Shown in pieces: positions 44,252 to 59,918 of a DNA stretch of 64,000 nucleotides. Each line of letters begins with the position of its first letter. Position 1 is the first letter of the stretch. A model generated the notes under the pieces. The model saw nothing but the letters and a program-made list of their open reading frames with translations, was not told where the DNA came from and searched no databases. This DNA is from the human T2T-CHM13v2.0 reference genome, Homo sapiens: the NCBI RefSeq assembly GCF_009914755.1, contig NC_060932.1; one strand, 5' to 3'. Made by a program: the position numbers and the translations under genes.

Positions 44252-45156
44252 TAAAATGGCTTTTAAACCCACTCCAGTAAAACTATAACTGAAAAACAAA
44301 GTTTTTCACCCAAGTCATTCACCACAATTATCAAGAATTTTCTTTAACTTTCTCCATTCAAAGAATGCTAAGGAGGCAAGAAATATTTATATTAAAAATA
44401 GCAAAACACTTCAGAAGGCCCTGTGCTAAAAATACTAGAAAGGTGGTATAAAGTTACTCACTTCTAAATATTTTGATGTATCCTGGCACTATTTAAAATT
44501 AGAACAAAGAACAGCTGTCAAATAAAGTCAGAGGTTAGAAGAGTTGAGAATGCAGAACTTTTGCCCTGGAGCATTCATCATCTGAATATTATCTTCATCT
44601 GTAAGCCTTAGCTTATTTCTTTATTTGTATTTTCCTTTTGCCATTGGAATTGCTCTGGGCAGTAGCTTTCTGGATCTTGTTGAATCCAGTTATATAAACT
44701 TGATAAAATATCTTGATAAGATGATTCAGCGAGACCATTTTCATTCCTGTTTTGATTTTCACTCCTGACTTTAAGTCCCCTCTCACCCACCATCTCTCTT
44801 TATGCCCCTTTCTCTTCACTGAATGGGCAAGATCAGAAAAAGCAAAGGCTGCACCAGGGACACTGAGTATTCCCTCATCTGCCACTCACTCCAGTTTTTT
44901 AGCTGGGAAATAGGAAGTGAAGGTGGGCGGGGGTGGGGAGGGGAACATAGAATGTAAATCTCTAAACTCTCTAAGCTAAAGTTTCCTCAAGCTTTATTCT
45001 GTAGAGCTGCTGTTCTTTGAGTGGCTCTGTAAATGTTCCATGTTCAAATGCTTTTAAGAAGTTGCAGTTGTAACCTTGGAAACTCTTGCAGTGTCACAGT
45101 GCCCATTAACCAGTGGAAGGTTCCAAGAAGTCCTGCAGTTGGGAAACAGCTTTAAC

Positions 45157-46540
45157 TTTTTTATATTTTATTATTTTACTTTAAGTTCCGGGATACATGT
45201 GCACAATGTGCAGGTTTGTTACATAGGTTAACGTGTGCCATGGTGGTTTGCTGCACCTATCAACCTGTCATCTAGGTTTTAAGCCTTGCATGTATTAGGT
45301 ATTTGTCCTAATGGTCTCCCTCCCCTTGTCCCCCATCCCCTGACAGGCCCCGGTGTGTGATGTTCCTGTCCATGTGTTCTCATTGTTCAACTCCCACTTA
45401 TGAATGAGAACATGCAGTGTTTGGTTTTCTGTTCCTGTGTTAGTTTGCTGAGAATGGTGGCTTCCAGCTTCATCCATGCTCCTGCAAAGGACATGATCTC
45501 ATTCTTTTTTATGGCTGCATAGTATTCCATGGAGTGTATGTGCCATGTTTTCTTTATCCAGTCTATCATCGATGGGCATTTGGGTTGGTTCTGTGTCTTT
45601 GCTATTGTGAACAGTGCTGCAGTAAACATACGTGTGCATGTGTCTTTATAGTAGAATGATTTATAATCCTTTGGGTATATAGAGAGTAGTGGGATTGCTG
45701 GATCAAATGGTATTTCTGGTTCTAGATCCTTGAGGAATCGCCACACTGTCTTCCACAGTGGTTGAACTAATTTACACTTCCACCAACAGTGTTCCTATTT
45801 CTCCATAGCCTTGCCAGCATCTGTTGTTTCTTGACTTTTTTATAATTGCCTTTCTGACTGGTGTGAGATGGTATCTCACTGTGGTTTTGATTTGCATTTC
45901 TCTAAAGATCAGTGATGTTGAGTTTTTTCATGTTTGTTGGCTGTATAAATGTCTTCTTTTGAGAAGTGTCTATTTATGTCATTTGCCCTCCTTTTAATGG
46001 GGTTGTTTTTTTCTTGTAAATTTGTTTAAGTTCTTTGTAAATTCTGGATATTAGACCTTTGTCAGATGGGTAGAATGCAAAAATTTTATCCCATTCTGTA
46101 GATTGCCTGTTTGCTCTGATGAGAGTTTCTTTTGCTTTGAAGAAGCTCTTTAGTTTAATTAGATCTCATTTGTCAATTTCTGCTTTTGTTGCAGTTGCTT
46201 TTTGCATTTTCATCATAAAATATTTGCTCATGCCTATGTCCTGAATGGTATTGCCTAGGTTTTCTTCTAGGATTTTTATGGTTTTGGGTTTTACATTTAA
46301 GTCTTTAATCCATCTTGAGTTAATTTTTGTATAAGGTTTAAGGAAGGAGTCCAGTTTCAGTTTTTGGCATATGGCTAGCCAGTTTTCCCAGCACCATTTA
46401 TTAAATAGGGAATTATTTCCCCATTGCTCGTTTGTGTCAGGTTTGTCAAAGATCAGATGGTTGTAGATGTGTGGTGTTATTTCTGAGGTCTCTATTCTGT
46501 TCCATTGGTCTATATGTCTGTTTTGGTACCAGTACCATGT
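45157..46540 (-). mobile_element. 5'-truncated L1PA element
   Basis: L1PA 3'UTR, ORF2 C-terminus (45387-45746); TSD gaaaca.ctttaac. Confidence 0.92.
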
Positions 46541-47534
46541 GAAACATCTTTAACTTTTTAAGCCCACATTTGTCAAGCTTATGCATCCAGAATGGCTATT
46601 TGTAAGTTTTAGGAAACTTCTCTTCCTGGAAACTATTAATACAGAGGAAACAAAGTGCCTCATCTGTAGTCACACGGCTAAGTAATGATTGATCAGTAAC
46701 AGCAATGAAGGTTTTGCGGTCCCGGGTTGCATGATCTTCCTTTTTCTCTAATTTAAACATATTCATGATGCTACTAAAAATGATGGAACAGAATTTGCAG
46801 AACTCAGCCCAACTCACCACTCAAAAGTTTACGATCCTCTCCTTTTAGTCTTATCCCCACTGTGCTCCTGATGGCTGGAAATGTGGAAATGGAAATTCAT
46901 CACCGAAAGGAAACCCTTCCTAAGGAAGGAGCTAGATGCTCTCAGAGCCCAGAGGGTGGCGCTCAACCTTCCTCTTCTCCTTGAGTTAGCTCTGGGCTGA
47001 GTCCACTCCTCACTCCCATCGCCATCCCTATCCTACCTTCTCTCCACAACAGGGAGTCCATCTCCTGTTCTCCAGGTTCCAGCTTTCCATCTAGCTTTTC
47101 CTAGGATGCAGCAGGAAGTGATGGCTAAATAGCACCTTTCTCTGTCCTGCCACAGAGTAAAACCTCTACCACATAAACAAACCTCACTCTCACTAATACT
47201 GACCAACTCCAACACAGTTCATGTGAGTTACTACCTCTCTCTCTCCTTCTCTCACTTGCCAAGACTTCCTCTTCCTTTTGAGCCGGCTGTCTTGCACCAG
47301 GACCCCGTGGGAGGTGGGGAAGGCACAGGGGAGACTGAGCCTTTAGTATTCTGTCTCATGCAATATTTATATATGGATGATCACAGCTTTTTGATGCATT
47401 TTTGCATTCTTAATTGTTTTTCTCTGTTGTGTTTTCTTTTTTCCTACCTTTCCATGCTATTCTCAGAGGGAAATACCTTGCTGTGGTTGGTGAAGCTTCA
47501 GGGGCACATGAGAGAGGAAGGAGAGTGGGGAAGC

Positions 47535-48172
47535 AGGTGTAGGAGCCAAGGGAGAGCTTTCCCTTGGCCCTCTGAAGCTTCGCTGAAAAATCAATTCACA
47601 AAAGGTAGATTAATAGGAGAAAAGGCATACAAATTTATTTAATGTATATATTAAATATACACATTAATATATGGGAGCCTTTAGAAGGAAGATCCCAAAA
47701 TAGGGGGAAATCATCCATTTTTATGCTTAGGTTCAACAAAGCATGGATGGACATGTAGAAATACGATTCAGTAAAAAGGGTATAATCTAATGCTAGTGGA
47801 CTGAGTGGGGAAACAGCAAGGCCTGTCTGCCTAGCTGCTTCTTGGCCTCTCTGTAGCATTCTTTCCTTCTGGATGTGGAGTAGAACCCTCTCTGGAATGG
47901 GCTACAGTTACACAAGATAGGTCAGATAATTTCTTTATGGCCAATTTTTACATAGAAAGGCAGAGGGAAAGTTAGAGTCATATTTTTAGGTTTTATAGCT
48001 GGCTTTGGGGAAATGGGGTTCTGGTTTCTGTGACCTGCACTAGGGAAGAGAGATTCTAGTTTCTATGGCTAACCTGGGGGTGAATGGGACTGAGAGATAA
48101 GAGGGCAGGAGGTCAGAGAAACACTTTTGCTTCTGAGGCTTTCATTTGGGGGTATTGTTTTCTGAGCCCCAG
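47535..48172 (-). mobile_element. ERV1 solo LTR, MER39-like
   Basis: Minus strand begins ggggctcagaaaacaatacccccaaatgaagcctcagaagcaaaag. Confidence 0.78.
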
Positions 48173-48513
48173 TTGAGGGAAGGCAGGGGCAGACATGTAA
48201 CCAGGCTGAAAGTACACATGAAATTAAAAATGGGATCCTGTTCCTGAAAGCACCTAGGAAGGTGCTCGATAATGTTGAATGAATCCAACTTAGATACTTA
48301 AGTGAGACACTGCATTATCTTGCCAGCAATTCCAATTTGCATATATTTTTTTAAATGTACAAGTTGCTAACTTTAGGAGTGCAGCAACAGTCTTTGTGGA
48401 ACACTTTCACAAGACATTAGCTGAGTCTTTCGTTTTAACCATGAGTTTAAACACCCATTTATTGTTTAGTAGCAGTAGAAATGAATGATGTTTTTTGTCA
48501 TTGTTTTGTTTTA

Positions 48514-49125
<612 letters not shown>

Positions 49126-50799
49126 ATGGGGGCAGGGTGGGAGGGGGATAAAAAGAAAAGAAAACCCTGCAGAATCTCAGATGTGCTTTGCTTAGGGCAA
49201 TGTAGCACACTAAGTTAAGAGCATTGCTGCACAAATACTTAAAACTGAGATCTGTAGACCAGCAGGATTAGCGTCCATCAGGAGAAATCAGATTCTCAAA
49301 ATTTCCCAGAGACCAGTTGAATTTGAGTGTGCATTTTAACCAGATGCCCTGGCAATCCATGTGCTCACAGCAGTGTGTGAGGAGCATTGGCTGAGAGTCT
49401 GGGCTCTAACCCTGATAACCTATGATTTGGTGATAGCTTGCAGGCAATAGAACATTCTGTGTGAAGAAAGAAACATTAGACCAGGGCCTAGAATGATAGA
49501 AGTGCTCAACATGTGTTAAATATTATTATTGTTAGAAAAGTAAATAAAGGATATTCACTCAACCTATATTTACCACATGCTTCCTGGGTGCCAAGAACTC
49601 TTTTAGGCACTGGGGACACGGCAGTGAAGCAACAGACAAAAATTCCTTTCTTTATGAATTGATGTCTTAGTGATGTCTACAAATGGCAGAGGGATTGCTT
49701 TTATTATAGGAAAATAATCTTAGGCTTTCAATACGTATTAATTTTATTTTACAAATGTATTCCCCAATACATTTTGGCTATTATTATTAGAGAAGTGATA
49801 AGTTGAGGGTGATTTGTCTTATAATTTTGTAAATTACAGGTTGTAGAGTGGTTGCCTTTACCAACAACAAAATAAACTTACTTGATTTTTTTTTTTGAGC
49901 TCAACAAACACTGGCATCCTACTGCTTAAAGAATACAGTCCCAGCTCCTCCACATACTGAGCAGGATTCTTCAGCTTCATCTGTGTCATTCTCTGTCTAG
50001 CTCTTATGCTTACTGGTTGTGACTTCTTTCCCAAAAGCTCTTAGCATCATTCCTGGCACAGAGTAAGCACTTGCTAAATATTAGCTCATATTACCTAAAT
50101 CTTTGTTCACATGCTTTCCTCTCTTTTTGGGATCCAACTAAAGTGCCCATTAAAGCCCAGCTAAATATTTGAATCCTAAAGGAAGGATGGAAATCACTGC
50201 TGCTACTTCTCAGTTTCCTCAGTACTTTCTGTCTTTGCATTTGAGTAGGTGAAGGTAAGTGGCCAAGTGGAGTGGCCTCTTTGTGAGCCCTGGAGGGAGG
50301 GCCAGGACTGAGTCTTCTGGCCCCACTCCCTCAGCAAGGGCCTAGCAGCACTGGCAGTAGTTGCTAAGCTGAGTTGCTCAAAATCCATTTGTGGAACCCG
50401 CAGAGCACAATAGAAAGGCAAACAGCCATGCTCAATTTCGGATTCAGAGACTCTCCATGGGGTCCTTGGAAATTGTCAGAGCAAGTTGTGGCCTTTCATA
50501 ATAGGATTTTGTGACTCTCAATGGAAAGGAAGTGATGTTAAAAAAAAAAAAGAAGAAGAAGAAGAAAATTACTGACAGGAAATTCTAAGAAACACCAGGA
50601 AGAGGAACTTAGAAGAAGAGTTGACAACATTTTGAGAGGTAGCAGCTAAGTGCCATAGGTTACTCTCAGAATGATGGCCTTGCTGGCAACAGCCAAGACT
50701 GGGTCCTGGGACTCCTTAGAGGGGTAAGGGAGTACCCTTATCCTGGTGACTGAGAAATAAAGGAGCCACACTGCCTACATTTTGTCTTTAGATTCTGAG

Positions 50800-50940
50800 A
50801 ATACATGCACCCCTATGCAGGCATATACACACATATACATAAGTACATGCACACACAGGCGTATGTACACACATACATGTGGACATGCACACACTCCCTG
50901 TGCATACTAATACTACCCCACTCATACAGACATAAACATA
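50800..50940 (+). repeat. Degenerate (CA/TA)n low-complexity tract
   Basis: catacacaca-type alternating purine/pyrimidine run. Confidence 0.8.
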
Positions 50941-51621
50941 GAAATTAAAGCAAACATAAATAAAAATACAAATCTGAGCACATTCAAAAGAGAGAGAGCA
51001 GAGCAGTAAGGGAATCTGAGACCACACTGCATGAGGAAGCGGTGAAGGTGTTTAGCCAGGAGGAAAGTGCATGGCAGGCCAGGTAGATTCTTCTAAGTCA
51101 TAGAGTCCTGACTTATGGAAGAAGTACTAGGATTCTTCTACATGAAACAAAGAGGTAAAAAGTCAGGTTGGAACTCCAGACAGTTGGAAGTTCCAGGAAG
51201 AAGATTTCAGCTCAGAGTGACAGTCAGGCTATGGGGTTCAGAGTCTAGAGTCTAAATTTGGAATCATCTCTTTTATTTTTGACTTTCGTCTCTGTCACTT
51301 AAAAACTGAGCCATCACAGGCAACTTACTTTATCTCTCTGAGCCTGTGTTTCCCCATTTATCAAATGGTGGCAATAAACACACCTACTACCTATTAAGTT
51401 TAAATGACCCACGGCTTGGAAGAGCTTATCACAGTGCAGGTTTAAGCTTTAGGTCCCACTAGACCTGGATCTTCCTCTGGAGATATGGAGTTGTGCATCA
51501 AGGCAATTGGGGCCATTGCCTTTATTTTGATTTAAGAGGAGCTCTTGAGAACTGCTCTCTGAACATACTTCCAGGTGTGTCTCCAGGAAGGACCTCTTTT
51601 CTCAAAAGGGGAGGCCTATAA

Positions 51622-51903
<282 letters not shown>

Positions 51904-54900
51904 TAATAAGGAGGGCAGCATGCATGAGTTTTTTGCACATTATTTTAGGGCCAACTTATTGGTCTTCTTAAGTAAAGTACAGTTTCTAAGTGTTCTACCT
52001 TACCTTTCATTGTCCCATCTAAAAAGAGTAAAATCATTAAACACATCTGGAATAAACACTTATGTTTCTCTGTTAATAGAGAGGAAGTAATTTGAGTTTC
52101 TTTGTAGGCAGATTATGTAGGTTGAGTTTGCGTTTTAAGCAAAAAATGTCAGAATGTCAATATGTTCTTGTGCTTACATGATCTGTGGAATTAAGGCAGA
52201 TTTTACTTTTATGTGGCATTCGAGTTTTGACATATCAACAGCAGATATTCACATTTCCTAGTAGTAACCCAGTGGAGACTGGTATCAGTAGGTTCACTTA
52301 TATTTCTCCAGCTTGGTTCTTGGCTCGGCTGCTTTTAAAATTCAGCATGCTTTATGGAATCCTTTTTCTATGTAGTTATTTTCTGTAAGTGCCATCATGT
52401 TTATGTTTTGATACATTTTTGAGTTTTATTATAAATATTCCTTACACTTGCATTTTGCTTTCTGCTTCCAAATTACTTCCATTTATGTTATCTCTTGCTG
52501 CTGAGTTCAGATAAAGCAGCCTGCAGTTTTACCTTCATTTCTGCTGAAGTTGAGTTTTGGGTTGAGCCAATGTTGGAAACACTGGAGAATTGTCTGTAGA
52601 GTCAGGTCTTCTCTGTGGCCCAAGGCTCCTCTGAGGTTGGTTGAACTTAGACTGCCAGTGGAATCGAAGTTGCTCAATAGTCAGAGAATACAAGGTTCTG
52701 GAAATACATATCCAATGGTTCAGCTCATGGTTTCTGTACCCCATATAAATGCGTAAGAGCATTGTCTTTGGAAAATGCATAATACCACATGCCAAGCATT
52801 GTGCCTTACACTTTATGCATAAGATGTCATTGATTTCTCAAATCAACCCTGGGAAGACTCTTCATCTTTCAGATGAAGAAAATTATGTAGCAAAGATGCT
52901 TAAAAATTGCCCAAGGACACATAGCTAGTAAATGATGGGGAAAAAAATGTCTCCAAACCCTGCTTTCTTTCTACTGTCTTCCACCATACCTTGAGAGAGT
53001 TTTCATCTTTGGGTAAAAAACATCCACATTAACTTGATAGGAAAAAATAGGAACCTCACTTGGCTTCCTATTTTTATCGACTATCTCTAGAGACCCAAGG
53101 ACCTGGATGTGATTGCTATCCCAGCTACTAACAATTCAGAGAAGAGGAAAGACTTTTCCTAGTGCTTTCTGATCCTCTGCAGTGTGTTTTCATAGAGTGA
53201 CCTAATAAACTTTTCCTGCTGTGCACTGGCATTGATGGCTTTGGCTGCCTTCCACACCTACTGGAGAATTTTGTGCTCCAGAAAATACCTGTTCAGCAAA
53301 TAATTAGTTTGCACCTATATATGTAAGGCATGGTGGAAAAACTAGTGGGTGACATAGAGATGAGTGAGAGGTGATTCTGGCCCTCAAGTGGGGATAACAG
53401 ACACATCTCTCATAACCACAAGTAAAAAGCAAGCCATAGCACAAGAGGTGTACCAATAAAGTGTGAGGAGGGTGACTAGATTAGTCCCAGGAACATAACT
53501 AGTAAGACTCAAGGTTTCAGAAAAATGAAAACTCACACTGAGTAAATGGTGCTCCCTGGTGTTGTGCAGTGCACAGCTTGTGTGGCTGCCATTGGGAGGT
53601 CTGCTAAAATTACAGGGTTAGCCATTTCAAGGGCAGCTGATGAACATTTTCACCGGATGAACCATTTCCAAGTTCACTGTCAGCTGAGAAATTTGCCAAA
53701 CTATGTAGCATGCTAAGGAACACGTGGGCCATCTCTAGAAACACTCCTGTCGGGAAATCCCTGTGCCATCTGCTGAACATTCCATCATTTACTGTTGCCA
53801 TTTTAAGGGGCTCCCTTGCCAGCAGGGCCCAGCCTGTTTTGTGAGGGTTTATTGGTGTATGTGGCAGTGGGGACAGAGGGACAGTGGGGACAGACTTAGA
53901 ATTGAGTCCAAAGCAATCACTTCTCTGGTTCTCCCTGCCTTGACAGAATGTGGAGAACTTTCACCGCAAATACCTGGACTTAACTGGGAAGTGTGCAGAG
54001 CTCAAGTTTCCAAATCCTTTGCAGGATTAGAGTGGGTCTGATATGGTTGCTGTGTTCTCAGGCTCCATATTGGTCCCCATGCAGCCAGACAGTGGCATGG
54101 GGTGGAGGGTAGAGGGACAGAAACGTGTGTGAGCCTCAAGACAATCAAGTAAGGAGTTGTCTTTGGCACCCCCTGCCTTTCCTGTCCCTCCTCACCCTGC
54201 CAATCAGGGGTCAAGTCCTATAGCAACAAGGGCTGCCATGTCCCTCCCACCCCCTCATTTCCATCCCCTCCACCAGTGCCTAAACTCTGGTCCTTAAACT
54301 TCTGGCCTAGAGGGGGCAGTGTTGTCTCCTTGTTGGTTCTTCTCCCTGACACCTCTTCTGTCCATGGCTAGCTTGACTCAGTTTTATCGTCCTGAGGCTT
54401 TGCTCTGCTAGCACCAGCTCCTGTGCACAGACTTTCAAGAGTTTCCAATTGCCTCGTTCAGGCCTCCTAGGTCCTCAGTGATATGACTACAGCTGTCTGT
54501 GTCCCTAGACTCTAGATAAACTGGACTACATTCTTGCCCCATGTGGCCTAGTGTTTTTGACCCTGTCTTGACTCATCCTGCTCCAGTGTCTTGGCACCTC
54601 CACCTCTGTCTCTCAAATGTTACCATCCTTTAGGGCTCTGCTCAAAGGGCAGCACCACCTCCGCTATGGTCTGCCCCTTTTTCTTTGAATGTGCTTTGGT
54701 GAATGTGAATGATTGCTTTGCGTGCACATATTCTTATTTTACATGAATAGTACTGTCTCCTATCTCACTAAGCACTTAGATTCTTGAGATCCATCCATTT
54801 TGCCATGTGTACCTCTAATTCGTTGCCCCTAACTGCTTTCCCGAACTTCCTGACATTTTTCCTTTGCACTACCCCAGTGATGGACATGCAGGTTGCTTCC

Positions 54901-55958
54901 AGGTGCTCACCACAGGCTCACATTGCAATGAGCAATAGTAACAACACTCCAGCCTCTTCACCCCACTTTTAGAGTTCTTCCTATGGGCCAGGCACCATTC
55001 TGAGCCCTTCAGTTCTCTTCAATAACCCTATGAGGAACTATTATTACCTCGATTTTACAAATAAGGAGATAAAGGCACACTAATAAAGGATTAGTAGTAG
55101 CCATGTACAAGTCCCCACATGGATCTGTGTGAGACAAGTGTAGGGATGGCATTGTAGGGGGTGGAGGAGTTCACAGGGTATTTGTACCCTTAATTTAACT
55201 AAGTAGCGTTATTCAAGTTAGTCCACAAGAGCTTCTGTATACCACTCCCCAAGTCTGCACAAAAACAGACACACTGAACACAGTGGCTTTGGGGGAGTCC
55301 GTGAAATGGGAGTGGGTAAAGAAGTAAAAAGGGATAAGTGAATATAAAAACCAAGAGGCGCCCTGCAAGGGGCAGTGATCAGAAAGTACCATGGACCAAG
55401 GACTGTGATGAACTCAACTCTTACTTGAGGTTTCCCCACTGAACCCTGAGCTGCCCCAACCTGAGGCCTCCTATCCCAGCACAGTGTGCTCACTCCTGTC
55501 CTTTACCCCTGTGTTCCTTGCCAGCATTCTCACAGGACACTTATCCCTGACCCCCTGCCTGTGATGTGGGTGCTTGTCTTATCTTCTGCCTTCTCCCAGG
55601 AGCTCTCCAGGGGCAGGGACTGTCTTGTTACCACAGAATCCTCAGAGATCAAGACTGTACACAGTAGGTGCTCAGAATGACCCTGGCTGGCTGAATGGAA
55701 AATGAGTGAATGGATGACTTGAGACATATATTGTGTTTACTGAAGTGAAAACTATGTGGAGCAGCCCCTTTCACACACACAGGCACACACCCACACATGC
55801 CCACATGCACACACATGCACACACTCATGCCTGTATAAACAGGAGAATTACTGGGGAGTAAAATGTGATATTTTAGAAAGAGAAGAGGATTTTAGAATCA
55901 GAAATAAAATCGATGCTCCGGCATGGGTTAATTGTGCAAACTTTTGAAAGTCTTTTAA

Positions 55959-56444
<486 letters not shown>

Positions 56445-56935
56445 TGACCCACAGAAGATCCCAGGAAAGAAACAACGGGGGCATGTTGCAAATACCTGCA
56501 TCTTTGGGTGTGTAGATGTTTCAGACTGAAAAGCGAATATGTGCCCAGAAGGACTGGTGTGGGGAAGGTCTATTGTTTCAGTGTGATTCATTGTCCTAGG
56601 GCAAAGGATGCAAGTCCCTGAGGCGAAGGAAGGCTGGGAGAAAAAGAGGAATGAGGAGGAGAAGGCTAAAGTGCCAGGCACGAGGCCAAGTGCAGTGGGG
56701 AAGGAGCAAATGAGGAAACAGCACAGATCAACCTGCAGGAGGTTTATGATCCAATCATTATGAAGGGGTCTCAGTGGGGAGAAACATTTTCCAGTTTTGT
56801 GGTCAAGATGCGCTAGACTTTGCACTCACCAGCTGGGGAGCTTCGCATGCTTTTAACATCTTTATGCTTCACAGTCCCCCTCCTCTGGAAAATACTACTT
56901 CATAATGGATATTGTGAGTATTAAGGGAGATGGGT

Positions 56936-57345
56936 TGTCTTAATCCATTTAGCATTGCTTATAACAGAATACCTGAAACTGGGTAATTTCTAAAGAAAAG
57001 GAAATTATTTTTTACAGTTATGGAGGCTGGAGGTCCAAAGTTGAGGAGCCGTATCTGATGAGGGCCTTCTTGCTGGTGGGACCCTGCAGGTTCCGAGGCA
57101 GCACAGGGCATCACGTGGCAAGGGGGTGGAGCATGCTAATATGCTCGCTCAGGCCTCTCTTCCTCTTCTTCTGAAGCCACCAGTTCCCCTCCCATGACAG
57201 CCTATTAATCATAGATTAATCCATTTGTGAAGGCAGATCCTTTATGACCCAAACACCTCTTAAAGGTCCCGCCTCTCAATACTGTGACATTAGGGATTAA
57301 ATTTCAACATGAGTTTTGGAAAAGACAAATATGCAAATCATAGTA
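56936..57345 (-). mobile_element. MST-type (MaLR) solo LTR
   Basis: tgtcttaatccatt...aaatcatagta termini; 5-bp TSD tgggt. Confidence 0.88.
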
Positions 57346-58086
57346 TGGGTCTGTGCCTGTTTCCTCTGTCTTTCTCCCTATCCTATACAACTAGTACTAA
57401 AATGTGAAAGGATTCCTAATCAGCAAAAATCCAGTAGGATGCTTGTCTCATTAGATTCTGTTCTTTAAACATTTATTCTGTTCTCTGATTTGTGGTTTGA
57501 AAAGAGGAAAACTCAGTAAAGAATTGCCCATCTCAGGGAGTTAAGCACCATGGGTTAGCACACACAGTGCCCTAAGGTTACTTTCTAGCTCATCTCCTCT
57601 TTGGCTGCATGTCTTTGGGCAAGTAACACAACTCACTAAACCTCAGGTTTGTCATTTTAAGATGGGACTGTCATGAAGAAGCAGATATTTAAGTTTATAA
57701 AATGATTGATAAATGATGGCCATGACATTGGCTGATGTTGAGAGGGCTAACATTGTTCTCCAGGGCAAAGCCCATGACCTGGATGATAGAGTAGACTGCA
57801 TTTTGATTTATGACTCGCACACTGACAGCGTGATGTGAACCAGCCTCACATTCATTGAACCAGTGCCTGTCGGGTGCTGGCTTTTTGCCAGGCCACATGC
57901 TGGGCTCTGGAGGATGAGAGGAACCAGACTCTGCTCCAGTGTAATATACAATCCAGGCATGGATGCAGGCCTCATGACACACGAGTCACTACACTATGAT
58001 AAGCCTCAGGGTGCAGGGCTGTACAGAGTCCTACAAGAGCCAGGTAGAGAAAGGGTTAGTTCTACCTGGGGGAGAAGTCAGGAGAC

Positions 58087-58358
58087 ACCTCAGAAGGAAG
58101 GTGACTTCATCCTCATTCAGTGACTGAGCATAAAAATGAGAAGACAACAGACTGCTTTCTCTTTCCTGTGTTTTGAGAGTTAGTATAGAGCATGGTGATG
58201 ATGAGTATAGACTCTGGAGCTGCGCTGTCTGGGTCAAAATCCACGCTCTTCCATTTATCAGCTGTGTGACTCTAAACAAACCTCTGTTTGTGCCTCAATT
58301 TCTTTATCTGTGAAATAGGGATGATAACCTTGTACATTCCTTCCAGAGGATAAAATAC
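58087..58358 (+). repeat. Left arm of 272-bp inverted duplication (non-repeat-like sequence + MIR)
   Basis: Hand alignment to the reverse complement of 59919-60190: ungapped, 19 mismatches. Confidence 0.96.
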
Positions 58359-59918
58359 CCAGGACAGTACCTTGCTTAAAACTAAGGCCTATGTGACTGC
58401 TTGTTGTTGTTGTAATTGAGGCTTCCTTCCTACAGCAAGGGAGTTCTCATAGGATGGACCCCTGGAGCCCTCCTCCACCTGCCACAACACTGTGGAGTTC
58501 CAGGGCCTTAGTGCAGTACAGGATTTGGACTAAATCCTTGGTCTGCTGTGTAATTATCCTTGTATTTTGTATCTCCATACAGCATCTTCATTTGATTTAC
58601 ATCCATATCTCAAAGGAACAGATGGCTTTTATTTGTCAAATAATTATTTGAAAGGGAAAATAGGTTCTGTTGAGTTCTGGACTCTGTCTCCATAATTTTA
58701 AGCCAAGTACCTCATTTTTGTTAATAATAATAGCTGCTATTTACTAAAAGCTCCCCACGTGCTGGGCACAATGCTTAGCATTTTATATGCATCATTTGCT
58801 ACATCTCACTGCAGCCCAAAGCTGGATGTTATTAGTGTCTTCATTCTACAGATGAGGAAGGTAAGGCTCGGAAGTGATATAGCTAGAAGATGGTGGAGCC
58901 AAGATGGAAACCCAGGTTTGTCCAATTCCAGAGTCACTTTGCTTAACCACTCCACTTCCATTTTCATAAGAAAGGGTACCAATTTCCCTCTCCTGTTTCA
59001 CTTCTGCGCTAACACAGAGGGACTTGTCTGCAGGTGACATGCCCCCTTTATGTATTTTTAATGATGAGGAAAGCTGAACCTGGGCCCCTGCAGTCATAGC
59101 CGAGTGCCACTGTTCAGCTGGTAGCACTCACCTGACCACGCGGGGCTCAGGGAGAAAAAGCCTCCGAAGGCTGTTCCTGAAAAACCAGTGCTTTATAAAG
59201 TGACTTAATGGAATGAAATATTTCAAAGAGGGGAATCCAGTCATTCCCAACATCACTGGGGATATGGGACATAGAAATCTTGTGATTGAAATACAAAGGG
59301 AAGGAGAGAAAGCTCCGACAGAGAAAGGCTTCTGGGATGAAAGAGGGAAACAGACTAAGTGGCTAAGAGGGAGCATTAGAGGAGAAGGGGAGGAAATCTT
59401 AAGAGGGTGAAGCACGGAACCTGCCATTTGCAACAACCAGGCTGGGGCTTAGTCCTGAGGACATGAATGGTCTCTTACCCCAGTGCACCAAGGCTGCCAT
59501 GTGGCAGGCGTTCAGTAAATGTTTACTCATTTATAAAAGAATATGGGCTGGGATCGGGTAGGATGGGTAACAAGCAATTATTGAGCACCTGATGTGTGCC
59601 AAGCACTTAATATTCTTGGACAATGCTCATAACTCCGCAGGGTAGGTGCTAACCCCATTTAAATGAGGAAAACTAAGGTTTGGAGGGTTAATATCCAACG
59701 TGCCCAAGTCCAACATCAGGTAGGTAATGAAACTAGAATTTCCCTCCAGAGTTATTTGATTCTAAAGCTATACTCTGTCCATGACAGCTGGCTCCATCAT
59801 CAAAATGTTAGCTAAGTGCTACCATAACTTCCAGATAATGTCATTTAACTCAGTTATAATGCATAACTCTTTAAGAAAGCCCTTAAGAAATGAGGCGAAT
59901 TATAGGCACCTTGGCAGA

